Positions 1 through 7,860 of a stretch of 43,735 bases of DNA are shown one piece after another. Numbering within the stretch: the stretch's first letter is position 1; the number at the start of each line of letters is the position of its first letter. The notes below the pieces were generated by a model that made no database searches, was not told the origin of the DNA, and saw only the letters and a list, made by a program, of their open reading frames with translations. Both the position numbers and the translations under genes were made by a program. This stretch comes from Methanosarcinales archaeon (GTDB taxonomy: Archaea > Halobacteriota > Methanosarcinia > Methanosarcinales > Methanogasteraceae): assembly GCA_030625165.1 (NCBI GenBank), contig DAOURL010000001.1, positions 1 to 43,735 on the forward strand. Direction: 5' to 3'.

Positions 1-78
1 ACGCCGATCAGCCCGTGGTGCAGCGAGTGTCCGATCAGCAGGCATTGCGGACGGGTTGGTGTTGCGAGGTCGAGGTAG
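1..78 (+). CDS. 3' end of an endonuclease III / HhH-GPD glycosylase-like gene (partial)
   Basis: Frame 1 reads TPISPWCSECPISRHCGRVGVARSR, then TAG at 76-78. The C-x2-C-x5-C spacing matches the tail of the Cx6Cx2Cx5C [4Fe-4S] loop that ends Nth/MutY-type enzymes. Only 25 codons are visible. Confidence 0.35.
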   Translation, partial: TPISPWCSECPISRHCGRVGVARSR

Positions 79-193
79 TGGTCGAACCGGACAACCCAAT
101 GATTCAAGTTTTTTCTTGCAAAAACTGATTGCCCCCGGATCTTTTATCCCCTCGCCGATGCCCGGCACATTTTCACAACACCTGATCGCTCTT

Positions 194-475
194 GGCTCTT
201 TGACAATTCGCGTTGCAAGCACCTTGTAGATGAATCATGCCTGTGTGGCATTAAGTGCTTAGGGATGGCTGCGCCGATGCTGCGCATTCACGAATAAACG
301 AATTTCACGAATGCTAAACCGGAATAAATTCGTCCATTCGTGAAATTCGTGATAAAAACTGCCAGAAATAGACTAAATCCATGATAACCCCCTTGAAACC
401 AAAGCAGGGTGAGCTCTGGTAAATATCCGATATGACTGGTCATTTTTGCACTGCAACGCGAGATACCAAAGACCC
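194..475. repeat. Copy 1 of an approx 285-bp direct repeat (CACGAAT-rich family)
   Basis: Aligns base by base with 2375-2665, with scattered substitutions and one 9-nt indel. Contains an internal inverted repeat: tcacgaataaacgaatttcacgaat (288-312) versus attcgtgaaattcgtga (336-352). Confidence 0.9.
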
Positions 476-627
476 TGAAAATCTATTAGTAGAATCACGA
501 ACGAGCCCCAAACAATGGCAGTGGATTATGCAAAGATTAGTGTAGCCGAGATCATGTCTCCATAGCGACCTATCAGCAGATGCCATCAGGCACGGAAATA
601 CTGATCATCGCAGGCAGGTTTGTCTGG

Positions 628-1887
628 TTATAGATGATCGACTTCTGCCTCCCCAGATTTGAAGATCGCATACTTCGTCAGAGGTGGTGCGATGAGTTCG
701 TTTAGGATGGTTGATGCCAGTACCGCATTCAACATTAAAACTCCAAAAGTAGGAAATCGTATGGATGCCAGAAGAACAAGACCCACGGTAACCCCTGCTT
801 TTGGTAATAGCGCAAAACCAAGATATTTTTTCACGTTATCTGGTGCATGCGAAATCGTGGCACCCACTCTCGTTCCTGTGTATTTACCCAGACATCTGGC
901 TAAAACGATTAATAGTGCCAGTATACTAGCAAATTTCATCACGCTTAAATCAAAGTGCAATCCTGCCAGTACAAAAAACATTACATAGACCACGTTCTCG
1001 ATCTCTTCGATTACAAGAAACATCTCCCTTCTCTTCACCTTATTTACTATAATAAAGCCTGCAACCATATTAGCCAAGATTGATGAAAGCCCCAGATAAG
1101 TACTAACGCCGGTACACAGCATGATCATCCCGAAAACCACGACCAATAGCAATTCACGAGTTCTCGCAAGTCTGCTCATGTACATCAGGACAATGGCAAA
1201 GACGATACCAATCGATATCGACTCAGCTATATGTAAGAAAGGAACGCCAAGCATCTGGTAAAAGGAGATACTTCCAGCATTATTCACCAGTGGCTGGGAT
1301 ATGCCTGAAGCGATAGCGAAGGCTATAACCGCAATTGCGTCATCAAGCCCAACCACCGCGAGTAGCGTTGTGGTGAAGGGACCTTTCGCCCGGCATTCAC
1401 TGATTATCGCCATCGTTGCTGCCGGAGCAGTTGCGCATGATACCGCACCTATGATAAAAGCCATGGGAAAATAAGTCTGCCAGAACGTTTCGCCTGGAAT
1501 GATTAAACTACCCATGCTTGCTAAAACCAGGGTAACCAGAAACCACGCCCCCAGACTTTGAAAAAGTGTTATCCCGGTGATGCTTTTCGCTAACCTTTGT
1601 AAGTCTTCCCGGTGAAGACTGCCACCGATCAGATATGCGATGACCCCCAGAGCAACGTCAGTAATTATATTCAGCTCGCCTACTGTTTCTCTCGGTATTA
1701 TGTTCAGAAGGGAAGGGCTCAACAAGACGCCGATGATGATATAGCCAGTAATCATAGGGAATTTGAGTTTTCCCAATGCTAACCCACCGAGAAAGCCGAT
1801 AACTATTATTATTCCGACTACCAATATCAGGTTCATCGCTTTTAGGACCTTTGTTTTATCTTTGAGTGGAAGTTTTTGTGAAAGCAC
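628..1887 (-). CDS. Cation:proton antiporter (CPA2/Kef-type Na+/H+ exchanger family)
   Basis: 419-aa polytopic membrane ORF with about 12 hydrophobic segments and a GLDDAIAVIAFA motif typical of the family. TAA stop. The alternative start MNLILV at 1836 would remove the overlap with the upstream CBS gene. Confidence 0.8.
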   Translation of the reverse strand: MLSQKLPLKDKTKVLKAMNLILVVGIIIVIGFLGGLALGKLKFPMITGYIIIGVLLSPSLLNIIPRETVGELNIITDVALGVIAYLIGGSLHREDLQRLAKSITGITLFQSLGAWFLVTLVLASMGSLIIPGETFWQTYFPMAFIIGAVSCATAPAATMAIISECRAKGPFTTTLLAVVGLDDAIAVIAFAIASGISQPLVNNAGSISFYQMLGVPFLHIAESISIGIVFAIVLMYMSRLARTRELLLVVVFGMIMLCTGVSTYLGLSSILANMVAGFIIVNKVKRREMFLVIEEIENVVYVMFFVLAGLHFDLSVMKFASILALLIVLARCLGKYTGTRVGATISHAPDNVKKYLGFALLPKAGVTVGLVLLASIRFPTFGVLMLNAVLASTILNELIAPPLTKYAIFKSGEAEVDHL

Positions 1888-2323
1888 AAAATTTTCCTAT
1901 CAATTGGTGTAGCGTTATCTCTCCTATTATTTCATCGTTTTTCACCACTGGAATTCTCCTTATTCTATGACGCACCATTTTATTAAGCGCGTCTTCCACA
2001 TCTTCATCTGGTTCGCATCTTACCGGATTTCCGGACATGATCTGCTCTGCTTTTTCAAAGGTTTCATAATGTAAAGATTTTTTATCTGGTAATCCGAAGT
2101 ATGAAACTTTTTTTGTTGGAGAAAAAATATTTAAAATATCGTGTTCTGTTATTATTCCTACCAACTTTCTGCTTTCCTTGCTTTCAACAACCCAGACATG
2201 ATCGTCTACAGTCAGGATGGATAAAACGCGATCTATGCTCGCATCTTTCTCTATCAGGGGCATATCCCATATCCCCTTATCCATGATATCCTTCGCAGGG
2301 ATCTCATAAAATTCTGGTATCAA
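1856..2323 (-). CDS. CBS-domain pair protein
   Basis: 155 aa containing two CBS-like units (VGIITEHDILN and IGEITLHQLI). Lies immediately upstream of the antiporter on the same strand. Confidence 0.75.
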   Translation of the reverse strand: MIPEFYEIPAKDIMDKGIWDMPLIEKDASIDRVLSILTVDDHVWVVESKESRKLVGIITEHDILNIFSPTKKVSYFGLPDKKSLHYETFEKAEQIMSGNPVRCEPDEDVEDALNKMVRHRIRRIPVVKNDEIIGEITLHQLIGKFCAFTKTSTQR

Positions 2324-2374
2324 CTTTTTCCCTCCTTCTTCTCCTCTTTTGTTCCAATGCTCTTGAATTTTTTG

Positions 2375-2665
2375 GGCTCTCTGGTAATTCGCGTTGCAAG
2401 TGTCTCGTAGATGAATTGTGCTGGTGTGATATTAAGTGCTTAGGGATGGCTGCGCCGATGCTGCGCATTCACGAATAAACGAATTTCACGAATGCTAAAC
2501 CGGAATAAATTTATGTCATTCGTCCATTCGTGAAATTCGTGATAAAAACTGCCAGAAATAGACTAAATTTATGATAAACCCCTCGAAACCAAAATAGGGT
2601 GAGCTCTGGTAAATAGCCGATATGACGGGTCATTTTTGCACTACAACGCGAGATACCAAAGACCC
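2375..2665. repeat. Copy 2 of the approx 285-bp direct repeat
   Basis: Same sequence as 194-475, in the same orientation. Carries an extra 9 nt at about 2512-2520. Lies 51 nt upstream of the CBS gene start on the minus strand and contains A/T-rich TATA-like runs in that orientation. Confidence 0.9.
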
Positions 2666-2693
2666 AATTTTTTCTCAGTGATCCATCCCCTTT

Positions 2694-2939
2694 TTATGGA
2701 CATGGCCAAAAACTTTTTGTTTTCTCGCCGATATCTTTTTGGCATAAGAAGTTTTCATCCCCCTGCATCCACATCACGAACAGGTGAGGTGTGATGAACG
2801 TCTCGATCACGGCTGCGACGAACAAGATTGGAAGAATCCATCTGAAATAGAAGGATATCGACCACTTAAGCGTGGATAGAATCTCTTCAGTGGATATCTT
2901 ACCGCTTATCCGGAGCAGCAGCAGCATTCCAATACGCAT
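2694..2939 (-). pseudogene. Possible C-terminal fragment of a DUF95/SpoIIM-like membrane protein
   Basis: The 81-aa ORF contains ILPILFVAAVIETFITP, which resembles the conserved C-terminal helix of that family. No N-terminal part is present, and it abuts the truncated antiporter head to head. Confidence 0.2.
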
Positions 2940-3735
2940 TCAGAGAGCAGCGCTCAAAAAGATCATCGGAAGTTCGATGATGCTCGCATCCGCCATCCTC
3001 GATGACCTGATCGGGACATTCATGCTCTCGGTGGTGATCTCCATAGCTTCCAATCAGCAGATGCCAGCAGGCATGGAGGTACTGGTTATAGCAGGTAAGA
3101 TGATCGGCTTCATAGCCATCATGGCAGTCCTCGGGCGTGTGGTCTTCCCGGTGCTGTTTACGTACATACACCGGATGCGCGTGAAGGAGTCGATCTTTGC
3201 GTTTGTGGTCATGATCGCGCTATTCTCTGCATACCTTGCCGAGGCATTCGGTCTACATGCGGTGATCGGGGCATTCATCGGCGGAGCCTGTCTGTCGAGT
3301 GTGCCGCTCGCAAAGATCGAGGATGTGCAGAGCAAGGTTTCCGGCATCGCTTACGGGATATTCATACCGATCTTCTTTGCGTTCATCGGGCTATCTGTCG
3401 ATCCGGCTGCGATACAGGCGGCAGGAATGTTCGCACTCCTCGTAATCGTGATGGCGCTCTCAGGAAAACTGATCGGAGGATTCATAGGATCGAGGATCGC
3501 GGGTTTCGACTCTTACGACAGTCTGATCTTCGGTGTCGGTGTGATGCCGAGGGCAGGCATCGAACTTGTGGTGATATCGGCTGGCAGGAGTATGGGCATC
3601 ATAGGGGATGAGATATTCTCTGCGATCGTTCTGATGGTTGCGGTCTCGGTTATCGTCTCTCCTGTGCTGCTTAAATTCGCAATCAAGATGAAGGAGACGC
3701 ACATCACCCCGGAACCCACAGCACGACAGGCGTGA
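2872..3735 (+). pseudogene. 5'-truncated paralog of the CPA2 cation:proton antiporter
   Basis: Family-like sequence starts only at MLASAILDDLIG (about 2975). That aligns with LAVVGLDDAIAV at roughly residue 175 of the intact 419-aa paralog, so about 170 N-terminal residues are missing. The first approx 35 codons of the ORF are unrelated. Confidence 0.6.
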
Positions 3736-4157
3736 TGAACGAGATCATGCAGCAGTGCGTACCGAGCGGAGGGGGCATGGATGTGTCTGGGTGGACACGC
3801 ACTACAATTAGAGTGATCCGGAGTTTCGGGATGAATTCGGCGAATCTCTCAAATTTGCGGTTAATGCTGTTGCAGAGGTCCTGCACACGCTCTACATCGA
3901 AGCACACCGAGAGCGGAGCGGCGGCATCAATGGAGATGGTCGGATTACAACGGTGGATGCAGTTATCGCACTCTACTTAAATTAGGGGTTTAGTGACTTC
4001 GGGAGACGGGCACGATGCTTTCTCATGTGTTGGGGGTCGGGTGTGAGTCTGATGATCGGAAGGGTTTTGTGAGGTGAAGCGGACATCGAATACAAGCCAT
4101 AGGTGGTGTATTTTTGAAAAAGAATAGTCGTAATGTTTGCATCCACAAAACACAAAC

Positions 4158-4170
4158 CTTTATATATATG
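4158..4170 (+). promoter_or_regulatory. Putative archaeal TATA box
   Basis: cctttatatatat lies about 90 nt upstream of the ATG at 4261. A ggagg ribosome-binding site sits 6-7 nt before that ATG. Confidence 0.3.
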
Positions 4171-4260
4171 GTTGCTTACTAACTAACTATTCAGCATATT
4201 CCTGTGATATATTCCTGCGAAAGGGATATAGGCACAGGAGATGAACATAGGAGGAATAAC

Positions 4261-4407
4261 ATGGCAGAACCGATTCGACTTGGCTTAGTTCTCGAAGGCG
4301 ATGACGCTCGTGAGTTCTGGGAGAATATGGAAAACCCGAGAGTCACAAAAGAACAAGTAGAATTCTTTAAAGATGCGATTAGACTATATAAAAAGCACCC
4401 ATTCTAA
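4261..4407 (+). CDS. Small protein (48 aa), putative antitoxin partner of the GNAT toxin
   Basis: The ATG at 4261 is preceded by aggagg. Sequence MAEPIRLGLVLEGDDAREFWENMENPRVTKEQVEFFKDAIRLYKKHPF. The stop lies 3 nt before the GNAT start. The longer ORF from 4204 has no RBS support. Confidence 0.5.
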   Translation: MAEPIRLGLVLEGDDAREFWENMENPRVTKEQVEFFKDAIRLYKKHPF

Positions 4408-4410
4408 TTT

Positions 4411-4983
4411 ATGCATCAGCGATTTCCACATGATGAGTTAAGGGTAATTCTATATGCACAACATCATTATATAAGTCGTGACATATCGCGGTTTGAATCA
4501 GACTCGCCTGAATTAAACGCTTTTCTAAAAGAAGATGCGCTTAAAAACCAAACGGAACTCGTTAGCAAAACATACCTTTGTTATCATTTCAATAAATTGA
4601 TTGGATACATAACTTTCGCCACTGATATTCTTAAAGCAGAAGAAATGCTAAAGGAAACACGTATCGAAGGTATTCCGTATAAAGAATATCCTGCAATAAA
4701 AATTGCTCGATTGGCGACAGATAGGAGGTATGAGAGGATGGGAGTTGGAACATTCTTATTGAAAGTCGCTGTAGGCAAGGCGTATGATATATCAGACAGA
4801 GTCGGATGCCGTTTCATAACGGTTGATTCAAAACAAAAATCGATAGGATTTTACAAAAAATCAGGTGGTTTTAAGTTGGTCACTGGGCATGAAAAAAAGA
4901 CCTATCCGACAATGTATCTTGACATAATACCAGTAATCAAAGAACTGAAACCAACATCTACAGAACTTGACGATTTTTCATAA
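4411..4983 (+). CDS. GNAT acetyltransferase, TacT/AtaT-like toxin family
   Basis: PAIKIARLATDRRYERMGVGTFLLKVAVGKAY...FITVDSKQKSIGFYKKSGGFKL matches the pattern P-A-x-x-L-x-R-L-A-V-D...Q/R-G-x-G-x-G...V-D-A...FY...GF of GNAT toxins. Confidence 0.65.
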   Translation: MHQRFPHDELRVILYAQHHYISRDISRFESDSPELNAFLKEDALKNQTELVSKTYLCYHFNKLIGYITFATDILKAEEMLKETRIEGIPYKEYPAIKIARLATDRRYERMGVGTFLLKVAVGKAYDISDRVGCRFITVDSKQKSIGFYKKSGGFKLVTGHEKKTYPTMYLDIIPVIKELKPTSTELDDFS

Positions 4984-5375
4984 CTCTGATTAACCCGCAC
5001 CCGTACAGAATCGTGAACAAAACATATATCTGCCACCAAATCTGCCAACGCCGCCACACTTTTGTCCGCGCTTGTCATGATCACATATACGCGACCCCCT
5101 TCATGATGCCCCGCAATTTAGAGGCGGTCCCACAATTCAAAATCACAACAAAAAGAAGCACGGACAGGATGTTATATCGAAAAACAAGCATCCGATTTCG
5201 CGAAATATCCAATTATGGGACAGACTCTTTATTGCGGGGTAGTTGACGTTCCCACCAACCGCCGTAGCCCCACAAACACACAGCCGCGGTAGACACTCGG
5301 GCATCCACCTCTGAAAAAACAAGAACCGGACGGCGACACCACCTGCCGCCGCCCGCGATACCGTAATTTTCGCGC

Positions 5376-5786
5376 CTATTCCGCCCGAAGCGGACTCGGT
5401 CCAAGCGCCCTGATCTGCTCGACAAACTCGGTGACAGTCTCCTTAAACTTCGGTCCTTCGCTTGCAGAGACCCATTCAAGATGCACCCTGCCCTCGAGTC
5501 CGAGAAGCTTCATCGCATCGACTACGTTTCCCATCCGCTCCTCGGTGTAGACATTGCCGTCGATGTAATGGCAGTCGCCGATGTGGCATCCTGTGACCAG
5601 AACACCGTCCGCACCGTCTTTTAATGCCTGCAGGATGAACGTGGGCTGTATCCTGCTTGAGCACATCACGCGTATGACCCGTGTGTTTGTCGGGTACTGT
5701 AGCCTGCCAACACCGGCAAGGTCTGCTCCTGCGTACGAACACCAGTTGCAGCAGAACATCACAATCTTTGGTTCGAATACAACCAT
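5376..5786 (-). CDS. mvhD: MvhD/FlpD-like [2Fe-2S] subunit
   Basis: Contains FCCNWCSYAGADLAG, RVMCSSR and VTGCHIGDCHY motifs. 136 aa. TAG stop at the same position where the paralogs end. Confidence 0.9.
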   Translation of the reverse strand: MVVFEPKIVMFCCNWCSYAGADLAGVGRLQYPTNTRVIRVMCSSRIQPTFILQALKDGADGVLVTGCHIGDCHYIDGNVYTEERMGNVVDAMKLLGLEGRVHLEWVSASEGPKFKETVTEFVEQIRALGPSPLRAE

Positions 5787-7466
5787 TTACGCCACCTCCT
5801 CAATGCTGCCATCAGTAAATGCAAATGCGTCGATCACGGCTGATATCTGTTTTGTTGTGAAGTGCCGTGATGTGATCGCACTTGTCGGACATTCGGCTGC
5901 ACAGGATCCGCAGCCCTTGCAGATCGCAGGATCGATTTCGCTCTTGCGGGTCATGTATGTGATCTCTTCGGTCACAATCTCGACCTCTTTGAGTTCAGGT
6001 GCGCCGTACGGATATACCTCAACACACCTGCCGCAGCCGATGCAGACGTCCTCGTCCACAACCGAGATGACACCGCTCGTCTCAAGCTGTTCCTTCGCAA
6101 GGATCGAACATGCGCGTGATGCGGCAGCCGATGCCTGTGAGATCGATTCGTCCACGAGCTTTGGTGCCTGAGCACTTCCTGCGAGGAATACGCCATCGGT
6201 TGCAAAGTCAACCGGTCGCAGCTTGATGTGCGCCTCGAGGAAGAACTTGTTGGAATCAACAGGCACCTTAAAGAGCATTGCAGTGTCCTCTGCGCCTTCC
6301 GGTGCAACAAGCGGCGCACTCAGGACGACTATGTCTGTTGCAATCTCGAACTTCGTGTCGTTTAAGAGTTTGTCCGTGATTGTCACGGTTCCATCCGCAA
6401 CGACCGGCTCGTCGTCTTCGGTGTAGCGCATGAATAGTACGCCGAGTTCACGTGCACGGGTGTAGAGTTCCTCCCAGACGCCGTACGTCCTGATGTCACG
6501 GTAGAGGACGTAGATATTCCGTTCGGGGTCCTCTTCTTTGAGCCGGATTGCGTTCTTCATCGCTGTTGTGCAGCAGACCCGTGAGCAGTACGGCATCTCG
6601 TCGTTTCTGCCGCCGGCACACTGGATCATCACAACATTCGCAGCATCAACGGTTCCTTCGTCGAGTTTTACCTCAAGCGCAGACTGCGTGATCACGTTAT
6701 CGCTTCCGTATCCGAAGTATCCCTCTGGTTCGAACTCGTTTGCGCCGGTTGCGATTATTGCGCTCCCGAACTCAATCTCTTCGCCGTTTGAGAGTTTCCC
6801 TTTGAAGCGACCCATCGCACCCTCGACCTCGTCAAGCGTTGTGCCTGTGTAGACTGTGAGATTCGGATTACTATTTACAGCCGCAATCATCGGGTCAAGA
6901 ATTTCGCTCGTCGTTCTTCCGTCCTGCAGCCGCGTAAACGTCCGGAGAAGACCGCCGAGTTCTGGCTCCCTCTCAATGAGGTATGTCGTAAAGCCCTTCT
7001 CAGCAATATCGAGTGCTGCGGTCATGCCTGCAACACCGCCGCCGATCACAACTCCTCCGTGATTGAAGTCAAGCTTCTGGGTATAGAGCGGGTCGAGAAG
7101 TGCAACCCGTGCAACGCTCATCCTGACGATGTCCTTTGCCTTCTCGGTAGCCAGTTCCGGCTCCTGCTGGTGCACCCACGAGCAGTGCTCCCTGATGTTT
7201 GCAAGCTCGAATAAGTACGGGTTCAATCCCGCATCCCTGCACGTGTCCTGGAAGAGTGGTTCGTGCGTTCTCGGGGTACACGAGGCTACAACGACCCTGT
7301 TTAAGTTGTGTTCCTTGATTACATCCTTTATGTTGTCGAGCGAGTCTGTTGAGCACGCATAAGTCTGCTCGTAGGCATGAACCACATGAGGCAGGGTATT
7401 TACGTACTCTACGACCGCGGGCACATCTACAACGGATGCGATGTTGATTCCGCAGTCGCAGACCAC
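5787..7466 (-). CDS. hdrA: HdrA-like, A'' architecture (N-terminal Cys domain, FAD domain without inserted ferredoxin, C-terminal 2x[4Fe-4S])
   Basis: Contains VVCDCGINI, ASCTPRTHEPLF, IREHCSWVH, VVIGGGVAGMTAA, QCAGGRN..YCSRVCC, CIGCGRCVEVYPYGA and CKGCGSCAAECPTSA. It lacks the TFPTxDCxxCIL motif and the inserted ferredoxin. No ATG is available: there is a GTG at 7466 and a TAA ten codons upstream of it. Confidence 0.85.
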   Translation of the reverse strand: MVCDCGINIASVVDVPAVVEYVNTLPHVVHAYEQTYACSTDSLDNIKDVIKEHNLNRVVVASCTPRTHEPLFQDTCRDAGLNPYLFELANIREHCSWVHQQEPELATEKAKDIVRMSVARVALLDPLYTQKLDFNHGGVVIGGGVAGMTAALDIAEKGFTTYLIEREPELGGLLRTFTRLQDGRTTSEILDPMIAAVNSNPNLTVYTGTTLDEVEGAMGRFKGKLSNGEEIEFGSAIIATGANEFEPEGYFGYGSDNVITQSALEVKLDEGTVDAANVVMIQCAGGRNDEMPYCSRVCCTTAMKNAIRLKEEDPERNIYVLYRDIRTYGVWEELYTRARELGVLFMRYTEDDEPVVADGTVTITDKLLNDTKFEIATDIVVLSAPLVAPEGAEDTAMLFKVPVDSNKFFLEAHIKLRPVDFATDGVFLAGSAQAPKLVDESISQASAAASRACSILAKEQLETSGVISVVDEDVCIGCGRCVEVYPYGAPELKEVEIVTEEITYMTRKSEIDPAICKGCGSCAAECPTSAITSRHFTTKQISAVIDAFAFTDGSIEEVA

Positions 7467-7860
7467 GACCCCGATTTGCGGCTCCTCTGCTGCTTATGGA
7501 AAGGCTCAATACATTTGCCCTTTCTTTGCCAAATGAAATGGGGTACGATCTATTGACCCATTCCAGTTAGGGTTATATCGTGACTTCATCCCCGCTACAA
7601 GTAGCGGGGTCTTCTGCCGCGGAGAGTATAAACCTGCGGTACTTGAGGTGCTTGTGTACTTAGAGTCCCACTCAAGTGCTTAACAGTACCGAGGAGGTTA
7701 AACATCTCAGGGATGGTTATCCGGAAGACTTGAAATGGTAAACGATGCAATGATCCTTTCCACATACTTTCATGGAGGAAACAGTTCCCATGAAAAGTGA
7801 CTTCATTGGAGCGATGGATGTTTTGAGGTGATTTCTTCCGATTCTTCTGGTGTGGGAGGT

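Noticed and set aside
288-352. CACGAAT iterons as a replication origin (ORB-like boxes)
   Set aside because: No orc1/cdc6 gene is nearby. There is no resemblance to the ORB/mini-ORB consensus and no long A/T-rich unwinding element flanked by inverted boxes. The motif recurs at five scattered loci rather than clustering at one.
3812-3979. Dockerin/EF-hand-like motif (GINGDGRITTVDAVIALYLN, then stop) in frame 2 of the gene-free stretch 3736-4200
   Set aside because: Only about 55 codons are open, with no start codon and a stop just upstream. At best it is the 3' relic of a dockerin-bearing surface protein. The overlapping tracked ORFs (3732-3980 plus strand, 3704-3907 minus strand) show no coding signal.
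5760-5790. tRNA-like T-arm string (ggttcgaatac)
   Set aside because: It lies within the mvhD coding frame (MVVFEPKIV). No acceptor or anticodon stems could be drawn around it. No other tRNA- or rRNA-like segment was found in the window.
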